A stretch of 64,000 nt of DNA from assembly GCA_947471985.1 (NCBI GenBank), contig CANIZL010000008.1:17352-81351 (forward strand), written 5' to 3'. The notes under the pieces are model-generated. The model was not told where the DNA came from, searched no databases, and saw only the letters and a list, made by a program, of their open reading frames with translations. Shown here in pieces: positions 1-9,860 of this stretch. How positions within the stretch are numbered: the first letter of the stretch is position 1; every line of letters starts with the position of its first letter. The position numbers and the translations under genes are program-made. Origin of the DNA: Verrucomicrobiota bacterium. GTDB taxonomy: Bacteria; Verrucomicrobiota; Verrucomicrobiia; Limisphaerales; UBA9464.

Positions 1-714
1 GCGGGGCGCGGTTCGGTTTTCTGGAACGAATTCCGCCGCCGCTGGCTCCGGATCCACTCCGGTCGCGCGGGTGAAATTTGGCTCGGGGAAGCCGACACCC
101 CCACCGGCCCCTGGGCTTATGAGCGCCGCATCGCCGAACATGGACGGTATAATTTCTACAACCCGACCCAGCACCCGTTCTTCGACGAATCCGGTGGACG
201 CGTCCTCTATTTTGAAGGCACCTACACCGCTACTTTTTCCGACGCCCCCGCGCGGACACCGCGTTACGAATACAACCAATTGATGTACCGACTCACGCTG
301 ACCGATCCGCGACTGGATCTGCCGGCGCCGGTTTATCGAGTGAAACGGAACCAGGAACCGGTTCGTTACCTGATGCGCGAGGACGTCGAGGCGGAACAGG
401 CCTGGGCCGGGATCCAGTCGATTGCCTTTTACGCCATCCCGGCCGCCCGGCGCCCCGCCGGACTGATTCCCATCTACACCAACCCGGCTGGAACTCAGTT
501 GCAGACGAACGCCCCGCGCCCCGGTGCGACTCCGATATTTTATGCGCTGCCTGCCACGGCGGCCAGTCCGCCGACGCCGCTCCTGTCCCTGGCATCGCCG
601 ACGGAACCGGATGCCGGCGCGCTCCCGGGTTGGGTCTGGAAGACGCCATCCGCGCTGCTGCCCCTGGATTTCCCCGTGCAACCGCTGCCGCCGGAACAAC
701 CGACACCGCGGTAA
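1..714 (+). CDS. Hypothetical protein, 5'-truncated at the window edge (possibly a secreted beta-propeller or glycoside-hydrolase-like protein)
   Basis: Frame 1 is open from base 1 (AGRGSVFWNEFRRRW...GPWAY...YNFYNPTQHPFFD...LYFEGTYT...TPRYEYNQLMYRL) and continues into ORF 280-714. Function not assignable. Confidence 0.7.
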   Translation, partial: AGRGSVFWNEFRRRWLRIHSGRAGEIWLGEADTPTGPWAYERRIAEHGRYNFYNPTQHPFFDESGGRVLYFEGTYTATFSDAPARTPRYEYNQLMYRLTLTDPRLDLPAPVYRVKRNQEPVRYLMREDVEAEQAWAGIQSIAFYAIPAARRPAGLIPIYTNPAGTQLQTNAPRPGATPIFYALPATAASPPTPLLSLASPTEPDAGALPGWVWKTPSALLPLDFPVQPLPPEQPTPR

Positions 715-729
715 CCGGGTCCCCTGGCA

Positions 730-758
730 TTGACACCCTCGGAACAGTGAAATAACTC
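730..758 (+). promoter_or_regulatory. Possible sigma70-type promoter for the ABC/Wsp cluster
   Basis: Perfect TTGACA at 730-735, a 17-bp spacer, then a weak -10 (TAACTC). Confidence 0.25.
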
Positions 759-914
759 TACCCCGCGAAATTCTCCCAAGCCTTGAGTGCGGTGCCCTGC
801 TTCAAGGTTGGTTTTCAACCGGAAGATTTTTCGCGATTCATCACCCGGTCGCAGGGCTCCGCTCATGCGGGGAAAATACCCGGTCGCCGGCTTATTTTTA
901 ATTGAAAGGACGGG

Positions 915-3857
915 ATGCTCAGAACGCTTAAGAGACTGTCGCTGGGTCTGGTCTTGATTATCGCCGCGGGCGCCACCCTGCTGTATTCGGATCGCGCCTC
1001 GCGGTACCGGCAGAAGCGCAGCCTCACCGCCACCGCCGCGAAGACACATCGGGTCGCGCTGATTCAACAGGCCTCGCAATCCATTCTTGAAGACGGCGTT
1101 CGCGGGGTGCTCGAATCCCTGGCAAAACGAGGCTATGCGGACGGCGGATCCATCCAACTGCGCCGCTATAACGCCGAGGCCGACATGCCCGTCGCCAACT
1201 CGATCGCCAAGGATGCCGTCAACGCCGGCAACGATCTGATCATCACGATCAGCACCCCGTCCCTGCAAACCGTCGCCAACGCCAACAAATTCGGCCGCCA
1301 CACGCCCCATGTGTTCGGACTGGTCACCGACCCCTACGGCGCCGGAGTTGGAATCAATCGCACCAACCATCTCGATCACCCGCCCTACATGACGGGGTAC
1401 GGCACGATGCAGCCCGTGGCCGCGGCGTTCCGGCTGGCCCGCCAACTCCGTCCCGAACTCAAATCCGTAGGACTGGTGTGGAACCCCACGGAATCAAACT
1501 CCGAAGCCCAGACCCGCGTGGGCCGCGCCGTCTGTCAGGAACTGGGGATCACCCTGGTCGAGGCGAACGCCGAAAATACCACCGGTGTCTCGGAAGCCGC
1601 CAATTCCCTCATCGCCCGCGGCGTCGAGGCCGTCTGGGTCAGTGGCGATGTCACCGTGCTGGTGGCCGTCGACGCCGTGATCGCCGCCGCCCGGCGCGGC
1701 AAGATTCCCGTCTTCACCGTCATCCCACCCAGCATCAAGAAAGGGAGCCTGTTCGACCTCGGTGCCAATTATGCCGACGTAGGCCGCGCGGTCGGTGAGC
1801 TGGCCGCGGACGTACTTGACGGCCGTCCACCCGCCGAGATTCCCGTCGAAAACCTCGTCCCGGAGATGCTCGCCGTGAACCGACTCGCGCTCGATGGCCT
1901 GAAAGACGCCTGGCAGCTGCCGGAGTCAGTCGTCAAGCGGGCCGACCTGGTACAGGATGAAACCGGGCTGCACAGCAAGACCACCGCCGGCACCGCCCCC
2001 CGCGCCGCCGCGGGCAAGAACTACAAGATCGGACTCGCCTACTTCGCCCCGGAACCCGGCGCGGAAATCTGCATGAAGGGAATCTTCGACGGCCTGCGCG
2101 CGTTGGGCTTCGAGGAAGGCAAAAACCTTGAGGTCCGACGCTCCCACGCGCAGGCCGAGATCCCCAACATCACGGCAATCCTCCAAAACTTCGATGGCTC
2201 GGATGTCGACGTCATTGTTCCGATGACCACGCCCGTCATCAGCGCCGCCTGCGGCATGGTGAAGCACAAGCCCGTGGTGTTCACCTACTGCTCCGATCCC
2301 CTGGCAGCCGGAGTCGGCTCCAGTTTCACCAATCACCTCAAGCACATGACCGGCATTGGCTCGTTTCCGCCAGTGCAGGACATGGTGGATCTCATCCGCG
2401 GAACCGTCCCCGGAATCAAATCCGTCGGCACGGTCTACAACGCCTCGGAGGCCAACTCCCGCAAGGTGGTGGAAGTCGCCCGGGGAATTTTCGCCCAGGC
2501 GGGTATCCGGCTCGAAGAAGCGACCGTGACCGGTTCGGGCGATGTCATCACCGCTGCCACGGCCTTGGTGGCGCGCGGGGTTCAGGCGTTTTACGCGCAG
2601 GGTGACAACACCGTGGCCCAAGCCTTCGACGTGCTGGTGAAGGTGGCGCAGGACGGCCGATTGCCGCTGTTCAACGACGACCCGGATTTTGCCGCGCGCG
2701 GAGCGGTGGCCTGCGTGGGCCTGGGCTATTACCAAAGTGGCGTCGCGGCGGCCGCGCCGCTGGCGCGGGTGCTGCTGGGGGAAAGTCCCGCGGGGATCCC
2801 CTTGGAGAATGTTTCCCAAAAGGCCCTGGTCCTGAATGAAGAGCGCGCCCGGAAACTGGGATTGAAATTCCCGCCCGCCATTCTCGCGGAAGCAGCCCAA
2901 GCCAAGGCCCGGGCCACGCCCCCCAAACCCGCCGGCGGGGCAGCGACCACCGCGCCCAAACGGAAATTCTTCGTGGACCTGCTGGAGTATCTGGACACGC
3001 CCAACGTCGAAATGGCCCGGGACGGCGTCCTGGAAGGCCTCGCCAAAGGGGGCTTGCAACGCGGTGTGGACTTCGAACTGCGCCACCGCAATGCCCAGGG
3101 CGACATGGCCACGCTCAGCAGCCTCGTCGATGCCGCCGTGACGGATAACACCGACCTCATCATCGCCTCCACCACTCCCGCCCTCCAGGGAGCACTGCGA
3201 CGGTCCCACGGCAAGCCGATCGTCTTCACCCTGGTGGCGAATCCCATCGTGGCGGGCGCCGGAAAATCGGATCGGGATCACCTGCCGTTTGTCACCGGCT
3301 CCTACGCCTCCGCGCCCCACGCCGAGGCGCTGGCGCTGCTCAAGAAATGCCTGCCCGGCACGCGGCGCATCGGCACGCTGTTCGTTCCCGCAGAAGTTAA
3401 TTCGGTGTTTTACAAGGACGAACTCCTGGCCGCCGCCGCCAAAGCGGGCTTGGAAGTCGAGGTACTGGGAATCAGTTCCAGCAGCGAAGTTTCGGATGGC
3501 GCTCTCGCCCTGTGCGGTCGCAACATCGATGTCTTCTGCCAGATCTCCGACAATCTGACCGGCGCCAGTTTCGCCAGCATCGGCCAGGTCGCCGCCCGCT
3601 CCCGCATTCCCCTGCTGGCGTTTGCCTCGGAGCAGACCAAGCACGGCGCGTTCATGGCCCTTTCCCGCGACTTTCACGACAACGGCGTCGATTCCGGGGA
3701 GATGGCCGCCCGCATCCTGCGCGGGGAAAATCCCGCCAACATCCCCTTCACCGCCGTCACCAAAATGCGACTCGGCGTCAATCTCGCCGCCGCCAGCCGG
3801 GCCGGAGTCACCATTCCCGAAGAAATCATTCGGAAAGCGGACAGTGTCCTCCGCTAG
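915..3857 (+). CDS. ABC transporter substrate-binding protein with three tandem ABC_sub_bind (Trp/Tyr-type) domains and an N-terminal membrane anchor
   Basis: 980 aa with three units of about 300 aa. Each has NA(E/Q)-D..., DP..AG(V/A)G, G..YN..E.NS and G..P..IP motifs. Hydrophobic N-terminus SLGLVLIIAAGATLL. Confidence 0.9.
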   Translation: MLRTLKRLSLGLVLIIAAGATLLYSDRASRYRQKRSLTATAAKTHRVALIQQASQSILEDGVRGVLESLAKRGYADGGSIQLRRYNAEADMPVANSIAKDAVNAGNDLIITISTPSLQTVANANKFGRHTPHVFGLVTDPYGAGVGINRTNHLDHPPYMTGYGTMQPVAAAFRLARQLRPELKSVGLVWNPTESNSEAQTRVGRAVCQELGITLVEANAENTTGVSEAANSLIARGVEAVWVSGDVTVLVAVDAVIAAARRGKIPVFTVIPPSIKKGSLFDLGANYADVGRAVGELAADVLDGRPPAEIPVENLVPEMLAVNRLALDGLKDAWQLPESVVKRADLVQDETGLHSKTTAGTAPRAAAGKNYKIGLAYFAPEPGAEICMKGIFDGLRALGFEEGKNLEVRRSHAQAEIPNITAILQNFDGSDVDVIVPMTTPVISAACGMVKHKPVVFTYCSDPLAAGVGSSFTNHLKHMTGIGSFPPVQDMVDLIRGTVPGIKSVGTVYNASEANSRKVVEVARGIFAQAGIRLEEATVTGSGDVITAATALVARGVQAFYAQGDNTVAQAFDVLVKVAQDGRLPLFNDDPDFAARGAVACVGLGYYQSGVAAAAPLARVLLGESPAGIPLENVSQKALVLNEERARKLGLKFPPAILAEAAQAKARATPPKPAGGAATTAPKRKFFVDLLEYLDTPNVEMARDGVLEGLAKGGLQRGVDFELRHRNAQGDMATLSSLVDAAVTDNTDLIIASTTPALQGALRRSHGKPIVFTLVANPIVAGAGKSDRDHLPFVTGSYASAPHAEALALLKKCLPGTRRIGTLFVPAEVNSVFYKDELLAAAAKAGLEVEVLGISSSSEVSDGALALCGRNIDVFCQISDNLTGASFASIGQVAARSRIPLLAFASEQTKHGAFMALSRDFHDNGVDSGEMAARILRGENPANIPFTAVTKMRLGVNLAAASRAGVTIPEEIIRKADSVLR

Positions 3858-3881
3858 CCCAACGACACCCCAGAGCTCATC

Positions 3882-5132
3882 ATGGAAATTACCAGGAATC
3901 CCTCCGGCGACACGCTGGAACTGCGGTTGCAGGGGCGCATCGATGCCCATTGGGCCGATTACGTCGGCAATGCCGTCGCCGAATCGATCCGGGGCGGGAG
4001 TCACCGCATCGAACTGAATTTCGCGCAGGTGGACTACCTCAGCTCCGCCGGGCTGCGAACGATCCTGAATTCCTACAAGCAGTTGAAGGCTGTGAAGGGT
4101 TCGTTGAGCATCACGCATCCCAGCGAAGGGGCGCTTAAGATCCTCCAACTGGCCGGACTGGCGGAATTGCTCCTCTCACCCACGCGGGCCACCGCTCCAC
4201 GCGCGGCCGCCGCGGTGGCCGCAGCGCAACGGGTCGATCGCCCGGGGGCCGTGTTTGAAATTTATCCGCAGGCCCCGGGTGAGGTCTTGGAATGTACGTT
4301 GACCGGGCACCCGGAAAAATTCCCGCGGCAGGAATTTGGGGCGGCGGATTGCACGGATTTGTCCTTCCCTGACGGGGCCTTGGGCCTTGGTCTGGGAGCC
4401 TTCGGGCGGGATTTCGCCGATTGCCAATCACGCTTCGGGGAATTTCTCGCCGTGGCCGGGAGTGCCGCGGCGCTACCCACCGACGGCAGCACGGTACCGG
4501 ACTGGCTGATCACCGAGGCGGACCTGGTACCTGAACTGAAGGTTTTGTACGGACTGAGCGCCCGGGGCCAGTTTGCGCAGATGCTCCGCTTCGATGCCAA
4601 ACCCGAACCGCCTGGAGTGCTAAGTTTGAGCAGCCTCGTGGAGTCCGCCTTGGAACTCAGCGGCTCGACCCACGCGGCCATGGTCATTCTCGCCGAGGCC
4701 GCGGGCATCGTGGGCGCCGCCCTCCGACAGTCGCCCGGCCAGGCCGGCGCCGCGTCACGTCTGGAATATCCGCAGGCCCGCGAATGGATCTCGTCCAATA
4801 CCGAGCGATCCAACACGCGCAATGTGGTGCTCATCGTCGGGATTGCCTCCCGACAACCCACCACCGAACTGCTGCCCTTCGTACGGCCCATCGGATCCGG
4901 CACGTCCGCGCAGGGACATTTCCACGCCGCGTATTTCCCCTACCGCCCCATTCAACGCGGCAATCTGGAACTCAAAAAGGCCGTCACGGACCTGCTGTCC
5001 CTGGAGTCCGCCCAAGGCCTTCTGCATCTGCTCGCCGATGAGCGCGCCTTTGAAGGCAGTGGCCAGACGGATCTGGTGCGCGGTGCCTGCTGGGTGGGGC
5101 CAATCGCACGGTTCCAAACCTCTCGTTCATGA
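3882..5132 (+). CDS. STAS (anti-sigma factor antagonist) domain fused to an uncharacterised C-terminal domain of about 300 aa
   Basis: N-terminal L.GRIDA...VDYLSSAGLR...LQLAGL STAS signature. C-terminal region has a GHFH motif. Confidence 0.85.
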   Translation: MEITRNPSGDTLELRLQGRIDAHWADYVGNAVAESIRGGSHRIELNFAQVDYLSSAGLRTILNSYKQLKAVKGSLSITHPSEGALKILQLAGLAELLLSPTRATAPRAAAAVAAAQRVDRPGAVFEIYPQAPGEVLECTLTGHPEKFPRQEFGAADCTDLSFPDGALGLGLGAFGRDFADCQSRFGEFLAVAGSAAALPTDGSTVPDWLITEADLVPELKVLYGLSARGQFAQMLRFDAKPEPPGVLSLSSLVESALELSGSTHAAMVILAEAAGIVGAALRQSPGQAGAASRLEYPQAREWISSNTERSNTRNVVLIVGIASRQPTTELLPFVRPIGSGTSAQGHFHAAYFPYRPIQRGNLELKKAVTDLLSLESAQGLLHLLADERAFEGSGQTDLVRGACWVGPIARFQTSRS

Positions 5133-5151
5133 TTTCAACCCCGCTGTTCCC

Positions 5152-6096
5152 ATGACGCTTTTCCTTGGCGCACTCACCATCGGATTGATCCTCGCCCTGC
5201 TGGCGCTGGGGGTTTATCTGAGCTTCCGCATCTTCAATTTCCCCGATATCACGGCGGAAGGTTCCATCACGCTCGGCGCCGCGATCGCCGCCACTCTGCT
5301 GGTCCGGGGCTACGGCCCCGTCACCGCCACGGCGGCCGGATTCGCCGGAGGCGTCGCCGCCGGAGCGGTCACGGGCATCCTCCACACCAAGTGCCGCATC
5401 AACGGCCTCCTGAGCGGCATCCTGGTAATGACCGCGTTGTACTCCATCAACCTGCACGTGATGAGCAAGAGCAACGTGCCCTTGCTCAACGAAACCACCC
5501 TGGCCACCCAGGCGGAAAAGATCGGGGCCGCCGTCTTCGGCGGAACCGCTGACCTGAATGTCTTTGGCTGGGAGGTCGGCGTCCGCGATGCCTCCATGCT
5601 GCTCGCTGTCTTCACCCTGATCTCCGTCCTCGGCGTCGCGCTGTATCTCTTCTTTCGCACCAATCTCGGCACCGCCATCCGGGCCACCGGGGACAATCCC
5701 CAGATGATCCGGGCGCAGGGCGTGAGTGTCGATTTCATCCTCATCCTGGGCCTCGGTCTCTCCAATGGCTTGATCGCCCTCGGCGGGGCGGTGCTGGCGC
5801 AGTATCAGGGGTTCGCGGATGTCCAGATGGGCATCGGCATGGTGGTCTGGGGCCTGGCGAGCGTGATCATCGGCGAAGCGTTGGTGGGCTCCACCAGCGT
5901 CGGGTTGCTGATCACCGGTGCGGTCATGGGCTCCGTCCTGTTCCGCTTGCTGGTCGCCATCGCACTCCGCTGGGGCTTGAACCCAAACGATCTAAAACTG
6001 ATCACCGCCCTCTTCGTCTTTGCCGCGCTGGTCGGTCCGCAACTCTTGCAACGCCTGACCGCCCGGCGTCCGGTCATCACCTCCAACCCGGCCTGA
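5152..6096 (+). CDS. ABC transporter permease (Trp/Tyr-type, BPD_transp_2)
   Basis: Motifs GVYLSFRIFNFPDITAEGS, GTAIRATGDNPQM and QYQGFADVQMGIGMVVWGLASVIIGE. Start taken at ATG 5152. Confidence 0.92.
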   Translation: MTLFLGALTIGLILALLALGVYLSFRIFNFPDITAEGSITLGAAIAATLLVRGYGPVTATAAGFAGGVAAGAVTGILHTKCRINGLLSGILVMTALYSINLHVMSKSNVPLLNETTLATQAEKIGAAVFGGTADLNVFGWEVGVRDASMLLAVFTLISVLGVALYLFFRTNLGTAIRATGDNPQMIRAQGVSVDFILILGLGLSNGLIALGGAVLAQYQGFADVQMGIGMVVWGLASVIIGEALVGSTSVGLLITGAVMGSVLFRLLVAIALRWGLNPNDLKLITALFVFAALVGPQLLQRLTARRPVITSNPA

Positions 6097-6097
6097 C

Positions 6098-6910
6098 ATG
6101 CTGGAACTCGATAATCTCCAAAAAACGTTTCACCCGGGCACGCCCAACGAGGTGCGCGCCCTGCAGGGCGTCAGCCTGACGCTGGATCCCGGCTCGTTCC
6201 TCATCATCATCGGCACGAACGGTTCCGGAAAATCCACGCTGCTGAATGCCGTCGCCGGCACCTTCTTCGTCGACACCGGAAAGATCCATCTCGCCGGCCA
6301 TAACATCACCCGCTGGGCCGAACATCAGCGCGCCCGGCTGATCGGCCGGGTTTTTCAGAATCCGTTCAGCGGCACGGCGCCGTCGATGTCCATCGCCGAA
6401 AACATGGCGCTCGCCGCCCGTCGGGGGCGTCCGCGCGGTTTCGGTTGGGCGCTCAATCAACGGCTGCGGGAGGAACTGCGCGAACGCGTGCGCTCCCTGA
6501 ACATGGGACTCGAGGGACGCCTCGATAATGCCATCGGCAGCCTCTCCGGCGGTCAACGCCAGGCATTGACCCTCCTGATGGCTTCATGGCTCAAGCCCGA
6601 ACTCTTGCTGCTCGACGAGCACACGGCCGCCCTGGATCCCAAGAGTGCCGATCAGGTCATCCGTCTCAGCCACGAGATCATCCAGCGCGACAAATTGACC
6701 ACGCTGATGGTGACCCACTCGATGCAGCAAGCGGTTCACCTCGGGGATCGGCTGATCATGATGCACCAGGGCCGCATTCTCAGCGATCTGCGCGGAGCCG
6801 ACAAAGCCCGGGCCCAGCCCGACGACCTGCTGCGTCGCTTCGAGGAAATCCGCCAGCGGGATCGTTTCTCCCCGTCCGTGGCCGAACTGCTGCAACGGGC
6901 CTACGTTTGA
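6098..6910 (+). CDS. ABC transporter ATP-binding protein
   Basis: Walker A GTNGSGKST, signature LSGGQRQ, Walker B LLLLDEHTAALDP, H-loop VTH. Confidence 0.95.
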   Translation: MLELDNLQKTFHPGTPNEVRALQGVSLTLDPGSFLIIIGTNGSGKSTLLNAVAGTFFVDTGKIHLAGHNITRWAEHQRARLIGRVFQNPFSGTAPSMSIAENMALAARRGRPRGFGWALNQRLREELRERVRSLNMGLEGRLDNAIGSLSGGQRQALTLLMASWLKPELLLLDEHTAALDPKSADQVIRLSHEIIQRDKLTTLMVTHSMQQAVHLGDRLIMMHQGRILSDLRGADKARAQPDDLLRRFEEIRQRDRFSPSVAELLQRAYV

Positions 6911-6975
6911 GCGATCCCCTTTCCCACGTTTTGACAGATTTTGCGCCCCCCGATAACTGACTACTGTGCCGCCGG

Positions 6976-7650
6976 ATGAATATTGAAAGTCGTTTTGTCA
7001 GCCACGCCCTGGTACTGGAACTCCAGGGCTCGCTGGATGCCACCGCCGGCGACGTGGAACTCGCCCAGTGTGAAGGTCTGCTCGCGCCCGAGACCAAGCA
7101 CGTCGTGGCGGATCTGCAGGGCCTGCAGGAATTGGATGCCGCCGGGGTCCACTGGCTGCTGAAGCTGCGCCGACAACTGGCCACCCGCTCGGCCCACCTC
7201 CGCGTCGTCTGTCCGACGGGCCCCCTGCGCGACACCTGCGACGCCGCCGGTTTGGCCCGCCACCTGCCCGTACAGGAAAACGTCGAGCTGGCCGTCTCCG
7301 GTTTCGCTTCCCCTTTCCGCACCTCCACCGAAAGCAACGGCCGCGTGCGGGTCATCTTCGCCTCGGGCCGGCTGGACGTGAAGATCGTCCCCGAATTGGA
7401 AGGGATCCTGAAGATGGAATTGGATGCGGGTCACCGCGCCGTGATCCTTGATCTGGCCGAGGTGACCTACCTGAGTTCCGCGGGGCTCTGTTCCGTACTG
7501 AAATACGCCAAGGCGTACTCGCAGGCGCGGGGCAAACTGGCCCTCCACGTCCCGCCCGGACCGGCCCGGGAAATCATCGCCCTCGCCGGCCTGCCCGACA
7601 TCATGCCCGTTTTGGATTCGCTCGACGAAGCCATCTGGGCCGCGCTCTGA
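6976..7650 (+). CDS. Tandem double-STAS anti-sigma factor antagonist
   Basis: Two STAS units: LQGSLDA...LQELDAAGV and SGRLDV...VTYLSSAGL. Confidence 0.85.
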   Translation: MNIESRFVSHALVLELQGSLDATAGDVELAQCEGLLAPETKHVVADLQGLQELDAAGVHWLLKLRRQLATRSAHLRVVCPTGPLRDTCDAAGLARHLPVQENVELAVSGFASPFRTSTESNGRVRVIFASGRLDVKIVPELEGILKMELDAGHRAVILDLAEVTYLSSAGLCSVLKYAKAYSQARGKLALHVPPGPAREIIALAGLPDIMPVLDSLDEAIWAAL

Positions 7651-7693
7651 GGCGCCGCACCACCGCCCGCCGGAGCTCCGTCCCCTTCCCACC

Positions 7694-9794
7694 ATGACCC
7701 CTCCGCGGAATCCCCTCCTAAAGAGCCTTCGGGCCAAGATCCTGGTCTTCGCCGTCCTGCCGATCTTCCTCATCCAGGTCCTCGTCATCGGTTTCATCGG
7801 CTACAAGATTTTCGCGGGCGAACGGGAGGATGTGCTCAAGCGCCTGGAAGCGGAGGTGGCCAAGGCCGCCAGCATGATCAATGGCGCCAATCGGGAAGCC
7901 ACCATCGTCCCCGAGATCATGGCCCGAGCCCAGGAGGCCGGGCTCTTCGGAAAACGCCTTGAATCCTCCCAGTTTGCCCGGCGGGTTCTGGAAGAGCACG
8001 CGAGTTTCACCGGGGCTTATGTCGGTTACGAGCCCAATGCCGACGGCCAGGATGCCCAGTTCAAGGGATCCGTCAGCGAACCGGCCTTGTCCCACGCCCA
8101 TGATGCCACCGGCCGCTACCTGCCCTATTGGTTCCGCAGCCCGACCAACACTGGCGCCATCCAGCTGAAGCCGCTGATCGACATGGAGTCCAGCTTCTAC
8201 TACCGCGGCATCAAGAACCGCGTAGAGGACGGCACGGAAACCCAGGGCATCGTCCTCGAAGGCGGTATCAGTCGCCATTATGACCCCGCCACCACCCGGG
8301 GGCAGCTCGCCTACATGATGACCGAGCCGTACAACTACGAGGGCGTGCTGATGGTCGAGCAGACCTTTCCGATCATTCGCAACGGCCGTTTCGCCGGCAT
8401 CTGCGGCGTGGATCGGGCCCTCAAGGATCTGGAAACCCTGATCGACGGCCTCAAACCGTTCGCCTCCGCCGAGTTCCTGCTGATCAGCCGGCGCGGCCGC
8501 GTCATCTGCTCCACGGCGGACAAGACGCAGCAGACCCACCGGATCGAAGAGACGCCCTACGCCGACCTGCTGCCGCAATTCTACGCCAGCGCCCCCGCCC
8601 ACCCGGTGTTCCTCCGGGATCCCCGGGACAATAAATTCCACATCTTTCACGCCGCCCTCATTCCCGTGGGACGATGGACACTGGTCTGTCGCATCGATAC
8701 CAGCGAAGTCACCAAGCCCGCGTTGGATGCGCTGCTCTGGCCGATTGGTGCGGCGCTGGTGGGCGTTGCGGGCATCGTGTTCATTCTGACCGGACTCGCG
8801 GGTGCGGTCAGCCGCCGGGTCGGTTATGCCTCGGGCATCGCCCAGAAGGTCGCCGGCGGCGATCTCACCTGCGCCGTCACTCCGGGCGGTCGCGATGAAA
8901 CCGGCGATCTCCTCAATGCGCTCAGCGGCATGATCTCCAGCCTGAACAGCCTGGTCGGCAAAGTCCGCATGTCGAGCATCCAGCTGGTCTCCACCGCGAC
9001 CCAAATCTCCGCGTCCTCCAAGTCCCAGAAGACCGCCGTCCACGATCTCGGCACCTCGACCCACCAGATGGCCGCCGCCGTGAACGAGATTTCCGCCACG
9101 TCCCGCGAGCTGTCCCAAACCATGAGCAAGGTTTCGCTCACCGTCGGTGAAACGGCGCGACTCGCGAATCACGGCCGCCACAGCCTCGGGGGTCTGAGCG
9201 AAACCATGAAATCGCTGGAGGAGGCCACGCGGTCCATTTCCGGCAAACTGACCGCCATCAGCGAACGGGCCCGGAACATCAATGCCGTAGTCACCACCAT
9301 CACCAAGGTGGCCGATCAAACCAACCTCCTCTCCCTGAACGCCGCCATCGAGGCCGAGAAAGCCGGCGAATACGGCCTCGGCTTCTCCGTCGTTGCCCGG
9401 GAAATTCGCCGGCTCGCGGATCAAACCGCCATCGGCACCCTCGATATCAGCCGCATCGTCGGCGAAATGCAGAGTGCCGTTTCCGCCGGGGTCATGGAGA
9501 TGGAGAAATTCACCGACGAAGTCAGCCGCGGCGTGCGCGATGCCTCCGGCGTGGGTCATCAGCTTGGGGAAATCATCAACGCCATCGAAAAGGTCACACC
9601 CCAATTCCAATCGATCACCGAAGGCATGCAGGCTCAATCCACCGGGGCCGGCCAGATCAGCGAGGCGATGGTGCAATTCAAGGAGAGTCCACACCACCAG
9701 CGCCGCCATTGGGGAGTTTGAGAAGGCCACCGCCAACCTTTACGAGGCGGTCAAGGATCTGCGCGAAGAGATCTCGCGATTCAAAGTCGAGTAA
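7694..9794 (+). CDS. Methyl-accepting chemotaxis protein (WspA position; TM-dCache-TM-HAMP-MA), frameshifted near 9686
   Basis: Hairpin-tip motif VADQTNLLSLNAAIEAEKAGEYGLGFSVVAREIRRLADQT and HAMP GRDETGDLL. The main frame stops at 9721, but an MCP-like C-terminal helix (...ANLYEAVKDLREEISRFKVE) runs in another frame to 9794. Confidence 0.88.
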
Positions 9795-9860
9795 ACCGGG
9801 CCGCCCAGGCACGGAATGTCGTGCCGGCCCGGCCATCACCCCAACTGAGGGACACGTCGA

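Noticed and set aside
4822-5151. N-terminal extensions of the permease, CheR (9938) and REC-PP2C (15496) in the ORF track
   Set aside because: They overlap upstream genes. Downstream ATGs fit the domain starts, and for CheR and REC-PP2C they give ATGA coupling.
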